Positions 32,721 through 44,580 of a stretch of DNA of 64,000 nt are shown here, piece after piece. A model generated the notes under the pieces. It saw only the letters and a program-made list of their open reading frames with translations. It searched no databases and was not told where the DNA came from. Position 1 is the stretch's first letter; every line of letters starts with the position of its first letter. The translations under genes and the position numbers were made by a program. Origin of the DNA: Rebecca billardiae RCC1528 (taxonomy: Eukaryota; Protista; Haptophyta); assembly GCA_965240325.2 (NCBI GenBank), contig OZ251237.1, positions 1,488,001 to 1,552,000 of the forward strand. Reading direction: 5' to 3'.

Positions 32721-34136
32721 TCAGTGCGGCCCACCTGCACAGCGCAGCAGGGGCGGCAGCTGCGCCACGTGCTGAAGCGTCCGCTGCACTCCGCCATCGT
32801 AGCCCACGCCCAGGCCGAGCGCGCCCGAATGCGTGCCGCACGCGTGCACGCCGCCGTCCGCCGTCACGTAGAGAGCGTGAGATGCGCCGAATGAGCAGTC
32901 GAGCACGCGCGCATGCGCGAGGCCCTGCACCCGCTCGGGCAGCAGCGCGCGATCCTCTCGGTGCCCCAGCCCCAGCTGGCCACACTTGTTGCGCCCAAAC
33001 GTGTGCACGCTGCCGTCCGCGCACAACACCGCGCTGCGGAATAGGCCCGCGCTGGCGCGCACGGCACGCATGCCGCCCAGTGCTTCGATGCGCGTAGGCA
33101 CCAAGCGACGCGCCTGGTCACCGTGGCCGAGCGCGCCACCATCTACACCGCCTCCAAAGGAGTGCACGCCGCCCGCTGCGTCCACCACCAGGCTGTGGTA
33201 CTGGCCCGCAATCACGTGCACGGCGCGCACGCCTGCAAGCGCAGCGATGCGCCGCGGCGTGCGCTGTTGCTGCTCGTCACCGTGGCCAAGGCAGCCGCCA
33301 TAGCCATACCCGCACGAGTACACGCCACCGCACGCCGAGAGCAGCAGCGTGTGCCACCCGCCCGCGGCCACGCCGCCCACGCGCACGCCGTCCAGCGCCT
33401 CGATCCGCGTCGGCTCCAGCCGGTCCTCCGTGTCGCCGTGGCCGAGCTGGTCGTGGTAGTTGCAGCCCCAGCTGTACGACGCGCCAGCGGTCGTGAGCGC
33501 GAAGCTGTGGTACGCGCCGGCGCAAATCCCGACGACGAGCTCCGCGCCCAGCGCCGCCACCTGCACGAACGCCCGTCGCTCAGCCCTGTCGCCCACGCCC
33601 AGCTGGCCGTCGTTGTTGCGGCCGCACGCGTACACGGCGCCCGCCTCGCTCAGCGCGAGCAGGTGCGCGCGGCCAGCAGCCACTGCACGCACGCACACCG
33701 CCTCCAGCGAGCCCACGCGTGTCGGCACGAGCACGCGCGCCTCCCTGCTGAGCTCGGGATGGCCCAGCGGTGCGCCGCACGTGTGCACGCCGCCGTCCGC
33801 GTCGACAAACGCGCTGAACGCGTCGGAAAAGAACCCACCTGAGGCTACAATGTGCGTGTGCTCATGGGCGAGCTCGAGAATACGCTCCCGCGCGAGCAGC
33901 TCCTCCGTCCACGTGGACACGCCCGTGGGCAGGGCCGTCGGCAGTGCAGCCTCTTGCCCACGCGCACGCGCGCGCTCACGCAGCGCGTGCTCGAGCGGCG
34001 CGCCGCGGAAGAAGCGCGCGGCGGCATTGGCGGCGGCGAGGTCGCGCTTCGCGTCGACGTGAACGAGGATGCGCGCGATCAGCTCGGGCGGCACATCGGT
34101 GAGCCGCACATCCGCACGCGCGCACGCCGGGGCCAT
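32721..34136 (-). CDS. F-box-like / RCC1-repeat beta-propeller protein, copy B
   Basis: Tandem paralogue of copy A. About 300 bp of downstream sequence is also duplicated. Confidence 0.9.
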   Translation of the reverse strand: MAPACARADVRLTDVPPELIARILVHVDAKRDLAAANAAARFFRGAPLEHALRERARARGQEAALPTALPTGVSTWTEELLARERILELAHEHTHIVASGGFFSDAFSAFVDADGGVHTCGAPLGHPELSREARVLVPTRVGSLEAVCVRAVAAGRAHLLALSEAGAVYACGRNNDGQLGVGDRAERRAFVQVAALGAELVVGICAGAYHSFALTTAGASYSWGCNYHDQLGHGDTEDRLEPTRIEALDGVRVGGVAAGGWHTLLLSACGGVYSCGYGYGGCLGHGDEQQQRTPRRIAALAGVRAVHVIAGQYHSLVVDAAGGVHSFGGGVDGGALGHGDQARRLVPTRIEALGGMRAVRASAGLFRSAVLCADGSVHTFGRNKCGQLGLGHREDRALLPERVQGLAHARVLDCSFGASHALYVTADGGVHACGTHSGALGLGVGYDGGVQRTLQHVAQLPPLLRCAGGPH

Positions 34137-34330
34137 TCTCGCCTGTGAAGAGAACGTGAAGAACGACGGTTGGAAACTTTATTCTGGTGAACACAGCTTT
34201 AAACAATTTTAATTCGTGAGAAAGCCCTGGGAGACCCAGCTCCGACCCCCTTTAATTGGGTGTGACGTACTGCTGTCCCAAGTAATACCGGAGTAGGAAT
34301 ACGAACAATGGGGCCTCAAACGTTTTTTGA

Positions 34331-34430
34331 TTAGGCACGCCTCGGGAATCGAGAACGCACTTGGTTAATTTTTGCGCCAATTAAAGGCACGCCTCGGGAA
34401 TCGAAGCGCATGTGGTTAATTCTGCGCGCG
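34331..34430 (+). repeat. Two-unit ~50-bp tandem repeat in an intergenic/promoter region
   Basis: AGGCACGCCTCGGGAATCGA...TGGTTAATT occurs twice. Confidence 0.8.
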
Positions 34431-34532
34431 CCGCATAGAGATGTGGTTGCGATTCCCACAAATCTGGCGGCGATGGTCCCCGGTCGGGAGGGGCACATCG
34501 TGAGTCGTGACTTTGGCCGCCGTCGGCCCGAC

Positions 34533-35412
34533 ATGGCCACGTCGGCTGACGATGTCGTGCACGAGCTGGATAGATTCGTTCGTGGTCTACGCGGCGTGTG
34601 GCGTGCAGATGCGGAGGCGGAGCGCGGCGGCGTGCGCGCAATTCGCCAACGACGCGCTGTCCAAACACGTCGCGCGCTGGGACGCGCGCGTCGCCGGGCT
34701 GCGTGCGCTGGAACTGCGCGACGAGCCGTTTGTGGGGAGGCGGAGCGCGGCGGCGTGCGCGCAATTCGCCAACGACGCGCTGTCCAAACACGTCGCGCGC
34801 TGGGACGCGCGCGTCGCCGGGCTGCGTGCGCTGGAACTGCGCGACGAGCCGTTTGTGGACCTGGCGCGCCTCGCCGTGCACCCGCACGAGGCCACGCGCC
34901 CCGGCGCGCGCGCGCCCGCGGCCTCGCACCCAAACTGCGAGACGCCGGCAGCGCTCGACGCGTGCCTCGCGCAGCTGCGCGCGCGGCTGGCGAGCACGCT
35001 GAACGGCGTGGACGAGGCGCGCAACGCGGAGCGCCGCGAGGGTCACGCCGCGCGTCGAGCCGCCCCGCGCGCGGCGCGCGAGGCCGCCGCGACCGACGCG
35101 GTCGCGCGCCATCTGGGCGTCCGGCGGCAGCAGCGCGCACGACGTGCGGAAAACCCCACGGAGCTGCAGTTACTGCACGACTACCACGCGTCGATGGCCG
35201 GCGCGCGCACGCACGGCGTGATCGGTGCGTGCCGTTGCCGTGCCGCCGTGCCCGAGCGGCCGTGCGCAGCGACGACTGCATCGACGCGCGCCTCACTCGC
35301 CGGCGCGCCTCGCTGGCGCCTCGGTGGGCCTTGCAGAAGAGTGCCGCGCTGCCGCGCCTGGCTAATGGCTAAATCGCACGCGCGACGCGCGAAGGCGCGG
35401 CAGCCCGGATGA
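34533..35412 (+). CDS. Hypothetical protein or pseudogene with a perfect 123-bp internal duplication
   Basis: Coding-like frame (AQFANDALSKHVARWDARV...). Duplication 34613-34735 / 34736-34858. The 5' structure needs a short intron or a frameshift, so boundaries are uncertain. Confidence 0.4.
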
Positions 35413-35832
35413 TACCGTTAGTCAGCGCTGAACGGCCAACTCGTCCCATCGTCGTCGGGTCTGCCGGCCCTGGCAAGCTTCTCCGTCGCGTCCTAGACGC
35501 GCTGTGTTCGACCAGCCCCACCGGGAAAAGGCCGCTAGGCCCCCGCTGTTTTCTGGGAATGCGCGGAGAAATTGTTTTAAAAAGTAAAAATCTGTCGGCC
35601 CGACCCGGACGGCGCCGGCGGCGGGTCGGCGGCGCGGAGTAGCCTCCGCAGGCTCGACGGCGGCGAGGGTCCGATGATAATGACTCATTGACTCGATGCT
35701 GATTGGTGTCTGAGCCGAGGGTGCACTGTCTTAACACGTATGTATATATATATATAGTAGTGTATTACAAACTGTGCCGGTCCCTTGAATCATATTGCGG
35801 CGGTCGTGGATCGTGGTGTATGCAGCGGAATG

Positions 35833-37716
35833 CTAGATCGGCCGGCTCGGCGCCGGGAGCATCAGCATCGGCGGCCGCTTCGGCCCGCGGATGCGCATGC
35901 GGCGCGGCTGCGGGAGGGCCAGCCCGGCGCGCTGCTGCTCGAGCAGCGTCGGCGGGCTGTCGTGCGCCATGTCGCGCGCGCTCGGTGGCTCGAAGAAGCC
36001 GCCGTACCCGCTGTACCCGCCCAGCCGCTCGGCGCGCCCCGCGCGCGCCGCGCTCGGCGGCGACCATGGCTGCATCGGCGCTCCGTGCGGCGCCACGCCT
36101 GTGACCGGCGTGAGCGCGTCGAAGAGCTCCGAGGAGAGCTGTTCCCACAGCGACATGTCGCCCTGGGGCGAGAGCGCCATGCCGGCGCTGCTGCCGGGCC
36201 CGTACATCGGCCGCTGGAGCACGTCCATGTGCTGATCGGCGTCGGCCGAGAAGTGCATGGTCACCGTGTGCAGCGGCGAGCGCGCGCGCGTCGACGACTG
36301 GGGCGAGAGCGCGCGCGAGCTCGGCGCGGGCGTGGACAGCTCGGCGAGCGGCGAGGTGGCGCGCGGCTCCTCGTCCAGCGTGATCGGCGGCGGTGGCGGC
36401 GGCGAGCTCGGCGGCGAGCGGCCGCGCCGCGGCTTGGTGGGCGAGACGCGCGCGTGTGCCAGCGCCGCCCGCGCCGAGCGCGCGTCGGCCGTGAGGTAGC
36501 GCTCGTCCGCGCGCAGCCCCATCGTCCTGCGGCGCACGGACCGCCCGGCGCGCGCGGGGGAAAGGGCGCGCGTCAGGGCGGCGCGCGCGCGCTGGCGAGG
36601 GCCGCGCGATGCGCACGGATCGCGCGCGCGCGGCGGCGCAGACGCGTGCGCTGTGCGGCGTGGCGGCCTCGCGCGCGACACGCGTGCACGCGACACGCAC
36701 CAGCCTCCGGATGACTTTGGGCCCGGTGGCGCGACGAGCGCTGGCAACGTGACGCGCCCGCCGATCAGGCCCTCGGCGGGCTCGGTCGGGGAGGGCGGCG
36801 AGGGCTTGGACGCGGAGCGCGCGAGCGGCAGCGCCGGCTCGAGCGGCGCGACAGACCGCGTCGGGCTCACGTCGCGCGACGAGCGCGCGACGGCCGCGCC
36901 TGCCGCCGCGGCCGCGGCCGCGGCCGCGGCCGAGGCGGCGCCGGCCGCGGCTGCGGCGGCTTCGGCCGGTGCCGCGCTCGGCTCGGCCGCGGGCGCGGCG
37001 GGTGCGGGTGCGAGCAGCGGTGGCGGGTGCGAGGCCGGCGGCGCCGTGGCCGGCGCGTGCGCGCCCGCCGCCTCCGCGCCCGTCGGCGACGTGTCCGCCG
37101 TCACCTGCGGGATCGCCCAAGGCCCCCCCGGCGGCTCGATGGCCGGCGCGCCCGCCGCCGGCTGCGCGGCGGCCGCGCTGAGTCGCGCGCCGCGCCCGCG
37201 CGGCGAGCGGCCGAGCTCGAGCTCGTGCGCGAGGCCGTCGCCCCGGTCGGGCAGCTCGGACTCGTCCGGCCTGCGCCCGAGCTGCACGAACCGCACCACG
37301 AAGTCGTGCACCTCGATCGCCTGCGCCATCACCGCCGGGATCTCGAGGTCGGACAGGCCGGCCTCGCGCCAGCGCGCGCCGACGCGCTCGAGCGTGCGCT
37401 TGGGCGCGCCAGAGGTGGGCGCGGCGGGCGCGGCGGGGCGGCCGGTCGCGGCGCGCGGCTTGGTCCCGGCGAAGGGGCGCGGGCGCGGGCGCCCGTGCGG
37501 CAGCGTCGACACCGCCTCGATCCGCGCGATCAGCTCCGGCACCGTGCGCTCGTGCGCGCGCCGGACGCCCGCCTCGTGCAGCGCGCGCCGCGCCCGCGCG
37601 AGCAGCGAGCACGCCTCCTCGAACAGCCGGCGGTACTCAAGCACCTGCCCGAGCAGCTGCGCGCACAGCGTCGAGTCGACGGGGCGGTACGCGCTCGCGG
37701 GGGTGGCTGCGCGGCT

Positions 37717-37748
<32 letters not shown>

Positions 37749-40089
37749 TGCCGCGCCGCCGCGCGTCCGCCGGAGTGGCCGCGCGGCTGCCGCCGCCGCC
37801 GCCGCCGCGGCTGCTGCCGCGACTGCCGCCAGCGCTGCCGCGGCCGCGCTGCCGCGCGGCCGCGGGCGCGGCCGCGCGCGCGGGCGGCGGTGGGCGTGGC
37901 GGCTTGGGCGGCTTGGGCGGCGGCGCGGCGGCGGGCGGCGCCGCCCTCCTCTCCTCCTCCCCGTCGCTCAGCCCCGGCTCGTGCTCCGCCTCCGCCTCCG
38001 CCTCGATCAGCCGGCGCGCCTCCGCCTCCGCGCGCCGCGCCGCCTCGGCCGCGGCCATGCTAGAATTCATACGCAGCGCCGCGACGTTTCCGGGAAGTAT
38101 CAGCTCGGCGGCGGCGAGCGCGGCGGACTTGCGCCGCACGCTCGGCGCGACGAAGCGGTCGGCCTTGTGCACCGCCTTGGCCGTCGCGTGCAGCGCCTCC
38201 GCGAGGGTGCGCACGCGCGAGCCCTCGCCCGGCGCGCCGCCGCCCATGCCCTCCCCCGCGCGCCTGATCCAATAGGCTGACTCGGCGGCCGGCGGCGGCG
38301 GCGGCGGCGCGCCGTCGGCCGGCGCCGTGGCCGAGCCGAGCAGCGGGAAGGCGACCGGCGGCGCGAGCTGCGCGACCTCGCGCGCGCTCGCGCCGCTGCC
38401 CGCCGTGAGCTGCTTCGCGCCGCGCGACGGGAGCAGGTGCGTGCGCCCGCGCGGCGGCGAGCCGGTGCCACCGCCCGCCGCCGCCGCCGCCGCCATGGCC
38501 GCGTGCAGCTCGCGCCGATACTGGTCCTCCCTCTCGTGCTGCTCCTGCAGCTGCTTGCGGCGCAGCAGCTGCAGCGCGGTGGCCTTCGCCGCGAGGCTGC
38601 GCGGGTCGTGCCGCTCCACGTGCACCGCCCCCGGCGGCGCCGCCTCGTGCGCAAACACGACGCGCGATCGCCAGTCGGTCACGTCCGAGCCCACAAAGGT
38701 GCCACCACCTTTGACCAGCAGCGACGACTGCGGCGGGAAGCGGAAGCGCGTGGGCTGCTCGTCGTCGTACAGGTCGTCGGGGTCGGTGAGCTCGGAGGAG
38801 GCGCCCGAGAGCAGCCCGGCCTCGGCACCACCGCCGCCGCCGCACTCCGCGCCCGCGGGCGGCCGCAGCGCGCCCGCGCCCGCGCCTGATGCCCCGTCGC
38901 TCGCGAGCGCCGCCGCGCCGTCCGCGCCGCCGCGGCCGTCCGCCCCGCCGGCCGCCGCCGCGCCGGCACCCACGCCACCGACGCGCGCGTGGATGCCAAC
39001 GTTGGTGTTCAGCGTGATGGCGGGGCTGCCGTCCACGTCGGCCGCGCCGTGCTCGCCGCCCGCCGCGCCCGCGCCGTGCGCCGCCGCGCCCGCCGCTCGG
39101 CTCAGCTCGGCCGCGTCCACGCGGCTCGAGCGCGTCGCGCCGCGCGCCGCGCGGCCGCCCGCCGAGCGGCCGCCCTCCGAGCGCGCGGACGCGGCCGACT
39201 TGGCGGAGCCCGGGCGGGAGCTGCGCCTCGAGCTGCGCGCGTCGCTCGTGCGCCTGCTCCGCGAGCCGCCGCCGGCCTCGTTCCAGCTCGCCACGTACTC
39301 CATCTGCTTCCAGCCGCCCGCGCCGCCGCCCTTCCACGGGACGATGCGGCGCGGCGGCTGCTTGCCAAAGAAGCCGGTGCCCGAGGGGGCGCCGGCGGCC
39401 TCGTCCTCCGAGTCGGCGTCGGGCATCTGCGTCAGGTCGTGCAGGAACGCCGCGTACTCCGGCGCCTCGAGCGAGTCGCACCACATGTCCGCAATCTCGA
39501 AGACGGCTCGGAAGAAGGACGAGTACGAGATCTCGAATCTCCCGGGGCCCACGTCGCTCTCCCACTCGCTGTCGAAGGTGCGGACGAACTGCTCGCGCAC
39601 GTACGCGTCCTCGCCGAGGAGCAGCTTGTACGCCCCCTTGTAGAACCGCCGGTACAGCTTGCGCGGCAGCTCGGTCATGCTCTCGTCGCCGGCAATGTAC
39701 TTCCACAGCAGGCGCACCTCGTTCAGCACGACCGGGCTGTGCTTGATCGCCCAGCGCTTGCGCAGGTTGGCCGCGGAGTAGTACTCGCTGTTGCCCTGCA
39801 GGTGATACGCGGTGTCGCCGATCTTGCTCGCGCGGCGCTCGAGCACGATGCCCGCCTTGCGCGCGTGCGCGATCGCCTGCTGACCAAAGATGCCCGCCTT
39901 GGTCGTGTTCGCCCAGCGCAGCGCGCGCATCATGCCGCCGAGGTTGAGCGCGGCGATCGATCTGCGCAGGATGTACCCGCGCGCCGCCGCCTGAATCCGG
40001 ATGATGGCCGTCTGCGCATCGCGGAGGGACCGCCTGGGCTTCGCGCCCTCCTCCGCTTGCTCCTCAGCCGGCTCCTCCCCCTCCTCCAT
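35833..40089 (-). CDS. Large IQ-motif protein with a long disordered C-terminus
   Basis: IQ motif AIIRIQAAARGYILRR and a globular region FFRAVFEIADMWC...EYAAFL. Probable GC-rich intron ~36527-36699. Confidence 0.75.
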
Positions 40090-40640
40090 CGCCCCAGCCC
40101 TCGCGTGGCGCTTTCGTCGTCGAGCAGCTTTTTCCGCGTAACGTCCGCCCAGCGCTGCGCTGAAAACCACGCATCACGATTCTTTATTGTAGTGCGGAAA
40201 AGGGCGCGCCGGCAGCCCGCCACATGCATCCGACATCGGCCACATTTCATTCGTCGGCCTTTGTAGACAGCGTCGTGAACTCGTCGCCCGCGGAGACGCC
40301 AGCCACGCATTCCCGCCCGTGCTGCGGTGCGGCGTCACCCGCGAGGCCGTTACGAGCAACCGCCTGCGCTCTCCTCGGCCATCGGCTCATCGCGCCGGGT
40401 GGACCGGTGCGCAGCTCGCGCGACCGCGCTCGCCTCGCCACCCTCGCCTCGCCAGGTTCCACCGCCGCACTGTCACGCCACGCTTGACGGCAGCTCGAGC
40501 GGCTGCTTGCAGCATGGGCACTGGTCATCACGCTCCGTACGCGCCCTGGGTGACCGACGGCAGCGCGGCACGCCGCACAGCCGACAGTCACGTCCGCCGC
40601 AGGCGTCGGGCTGCGTGCCTGCGCTGGCTCGGGCTCGCAC

Positions 40641-41147
40641 TCAGATGAACTGGATGAAATCCATCTCCTCCTCCTCGTCGACGTACTCACGCACGTCGCG
40701 CGCGTACATCCACATCCTCGACCGAACCGTCCTCGCCTCGTCGCCAAGCTCGTACGGATCGGCGTCGCCGCGCGCCGCCATCGTCTCCAGCCGCTCCATC
40801 TGCTCCGTGAGCTGGATGAGCCGCTTGTTGGTGACGCCCTCGCGTCCGGCGTTTGGGCCGGCGGCCCAGAGGCGATCCACGACGAGCGAGATCTCTGCGG
40901 GCCGCAGGTTGTCGCATGCATCGCAGAGCACGCGCAACACGCGCGCCTTCATGGCGGGGTCTTCAAGCTTGCGCGCGGTGTCGGCGTCTTCGAAAGAGCC
41001 GAAAGCGAACGTGCCGCCGTCGTCGGCGACAGCCCTCACGGGAGTGTGTGACAGAGGACGTGGGCGCGCCAGCGCCGCCGGACGTGCAGCTGGAGAGGAG
41101 GCCCACGCACCCATAAGCAGCGCGAGCGCGGCCGCGTGCGCAGCCAT
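40641..41147 (-). CDS. Hypothetical protein with signal + transit-peptide-like leader
   Basis: MAAHAAALALLMGAWASS followed by an Arg/Pro/Ala-rich transit-like stretch. GC3-biased codons. Confidence 0.7.
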   Translation of the reverse strand: MAAHAAALALLMGAWASSPAARPAALARPRPLSHTPVRAVADDGGTFAFGSFEDADTARKLEDPAMKARVLRVLCDACDNLRPAEISLVVDRLWAAGPNAGREGVTNKRLIQLTEQMERLETMAARGDADPYELGDEARTVRSRMWMYARDVREYVDEEEEMDFIQFI

Positions 41148-44100
41148 CGTGCGAATACGCAGTACGTCTTTTTGGGGGGCACTGCATGGGCGGACAGAAA
41201 ACAAAAAAAACCGGAAAGGCAAACGGTTGTGGTTTTCGCTTGGAGAGGGAGGCGAAGGCCGTTGAAACTTTACCCACTCTTGCCCGGTTGGTGGGTGAGA
41301 TCGGCGAGATTCGGCCTTGACAAATGGGACGATCCACTCCGGTTTGGCGGCCGTGCACAACCAAGCCCGAGATCGCCCGGGTAAAGTACGCAATTACATT
41401 TGTTACATGGGAAGAGGTAGCAGGATGACATACAGAAAAAGGTGGGTCGAACCCGCATCTTCGACATCAGGCCGAATTTCGTCCGCGCGCATGGCGAGGC
41501 GGTTTTTAGAGCGGTCTAACCGGCTGCTCGGACGCACTGAGTGCAGTGGGCGCGACCAGACTCGTCATGAGACTCGCCGCCTCGGCCGTCGTGCTCGCAA
41601 GCTGTCTCACATCATGCACGGCGATTCTTCAGCCACGCCCGTACGGCTCGATCGGCGCGGGCGCCTTCCACATGACGCACACACCCCCGAGCTTCGCGGC
41701 GCGTCGCCTGATGGGCCTCGACCCGGACGCGCACATCGACGAGTCAAAAGCCGTGCGAGCCCGGAGGCGCCTGCGCCTCGGAGCTGGGCGGCACTGGATG
41801 TGGGAGCCGCAGGGTGAGACCGACCCGGGCATCTCCTGGGAGACGATGGGCGTCGCACGTGCCGTCAAGGTCTTCCCCCGCGCCAAGGGCGGAAAGGCAA
41901 AACGCTGTGCTGCCATGGTCAAGTTCGACTGAGCTGAGCACTGAATGCACCAGTCTACATGCACAGTGTGTTGCCAGCACGTCCTCACGCGCAGTCGGCG
42001 AGAGACGACGTGTCCGCGAGTGTCTTTCTGCGGATCGCTGTGCACGAGCGGTGAGTTTTGGTCTGGGTGATGGGTGACCTCGCCTGCCCGAAGAGTGCCC
42101 TCCGAGTGCGGCGTGATGTTGGATTGTGAGCCTTAGGAGTGAGAAACTTTCAGAGAAGTGTAGATGCCAGAGAGTGCCAATCACACAGGATGACTCCTGC
42201 CTGCTGTAGTGCGCGCTCGATGGACACTGATCTGATCCGGTCGTCAACCGTCATAGTGCCAGGGTCCGAGAGCTCCGACCGTTCACACAGGGCAGGCAGA
42301 CTACACAGTCTCGGGACTCTCGGGTGCCACAATCTCCCGAAATCTCTTAGCATGAACTATCACGCGGGTATTTACTTGGACGAACTAGTTAGTAGGCGTT
42401 ACTAAGGCTTAATTCCAGGGTGTAGAATCCGCCTGTGCCAATTTCAGACTGCCAAAATGTGATCTAGACGGTGCGATTCTGGTCAGGCAAATAGCGAGAT
42501 CACCTTGGAGCCTGGAGATCGTGTATCTCTTCTACTAATGTTGCCGAGATCGCGTCGAGATTGAGGTCGTATATCTCCAGTATGTGACATTTTTTCGCAA
42601 AACTTGTCAGCGTGACCCCAGCTCATTTCAGGCGAATATTGACATCCCGAAGTTTGAGAGCCTCGTCTCAAGACGACAGGAAGTTGGATTTTGGGCCACG
42701 CACCCCCCAGTGGGGCTCTTCAGACCCCTCTATTGAGTCAACCGAATTGAATGAGTAGTAGCTAGTAGTAGGCGGTATTTTTAAAATATATTAATTTAAT
42801 GACACTAGCTTTAATATCATTTTATAATAATAAATGCGGGCCCGCCGCGGGCCGCGTCACTGACCGGCGTCGGCTCGTCAGAGTCCCGCGCCGGGCGCGC
42901 GGCGCCAGCACCCGCCTGCTGTCCTGCACCGGGCCAGTGCGGCACAGTCACTGAGTTACGGGTCGCACTGCCCGACTGGCCCCGGCGGGACCCGGGAGTC
43001 CGGGCCGCGCGGACCGGCCCTGGGCCGTGAGTCACTGAGTCCAGGGGCACTGATGCGGAATCATTATCACGGTGGGCACGCTGAGTACTGACTCCGGTCT
43101 GTGGACAGTGAGTCCCACCGGGGACTCACTGTCCACAGACCGGAGACGAGCGGAGGAAGGGGCAGCAGCCAGGTGGGCGCCCAAACTCGGGCCAAAGCAG
43201 GTAAGAGAGAGAGGCGAGGCAGGAAGGGCTGGAAGGGGAGGCGCGACGTAGGCGCACCTGGCAGTGACCTGGTGATGACCACGAAAATATTTAAATATAT
43301 AAGCCTTCCCACTCCCAGGGAGAGGCAGCCGCCCACGCAGCCGAGGTTGGGCCCGCGAGAGGGCATGCGCGCCCGGGCGTGAGCGAGGCCGGAGGCGGGG
43401 CACCGCCATGCTCGAATAACCGGCACATGCCCCACCTGCGGCTGAGAGGCCCCGCGGACCGTGTCCGTGCGAGCCTCGCCGCCCTCGGCCGGGGCTGCCC
43501 AGTGCCCACAAGTTACCCGCCCATGATCGATACGTAGTACAGTTATTATATATAGATAGAGAGAGAGAGAGAGAGAGAGGAAGAAATTATTATAGAAAAA
43601 TCTCGAATTCTTATTAATAATGGCAGTATAGCTACTAAGCTATCTGAAAGCCGTAAATTCCTCAGAGACAGAAGTTGGAGCGAGACTACACGAACGACAG
43701 TCGCCAAGCAGTTTCGACGGGAGCTTAGAACTTAGAGTGGCCACGGCAGGCGGCACGGCACTCGGCAGACCCCGCACCGCAGCTGAACTCGGTACTCGCT
43801 GCTCGTAGGCGTATGACTGCGGCCCTGGTCCCGCGACTGATACTTGATAGTCGGTCCGTACTAACCGGAACGTCTAACTAAGTAGTAACAGTCATCCAAT
43901 ATGCTACTTAGTTAGCGGACTGAGTCGGTAACCGGCGGTACGACTAATCAGCCGCTCGGACGAGGGCGTACGGTCGGCGGCCCGCGGCGGCCCTGGCTGT
44001 CAGTCTGTCACACGGACACGGGCACGGCGGCCGGCCGGCCCGGGCGGCGTGGCACTACCGCACTCGCGACTAGAGTCACAGTTCGCCGCGCGGACGGCAG

Positions 44101-44580
44101 ACTCACCGCAGAGGCCGAGGGCGAGGCCCCGCGCCGCCGCAGGCCGCGGCGGCCGCGGCGGCCGCGGCGGCGCCCCGGGACGCCGACGGGCCCGGAGGGC
44201 GGACGCGGCACTAGGGGCGACCGTGCGGGGCGTGCCGCACTGTGACTGTCGCGGAGCCGGGCCGGCCAACACGATTGCCGCGGCCACAGGCCCCTGAATA
44301 ACCGTCACCGTGCGCCGTCCGTAGGCCTACCCGGTGCATGCCGTCTGCCGATTAGACGCCGCTGCATATGATGTATTAATGATCGGCGCGGTCAGTGCCC
44401 GCGGACGGCCCGACGCCCCGAGACGCCGCGGACGGCCGGACGCCGGCCGGGCCGGTACGATAGTTAGTCAGTCACGTACAGTGAGACTAACTATATACGA
44501 CGAATCCTCTGAGTCCAGCCGGGAGCCCGCGCGCGTCGGCGGCGTTGTGACTCCGAGTACCGTTCCCGGCTGCTCATGCT

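Noticed and set aside
30807-34136. UVR8 photoreceptor, or DGR-type mutagenesis of the RCC1 loops
   Set aside because: The GWRHT triad is absent. The differences are not adenine-specific, and no template repeat or reverse transcriptase is present.
41260-42730. Possible further TIR element (CCCACT ends, GAGATC-rich)
   Set aside because: Only a 6-bp terminal match, no TSD, and the 128-aa ORF is unrecognisable.
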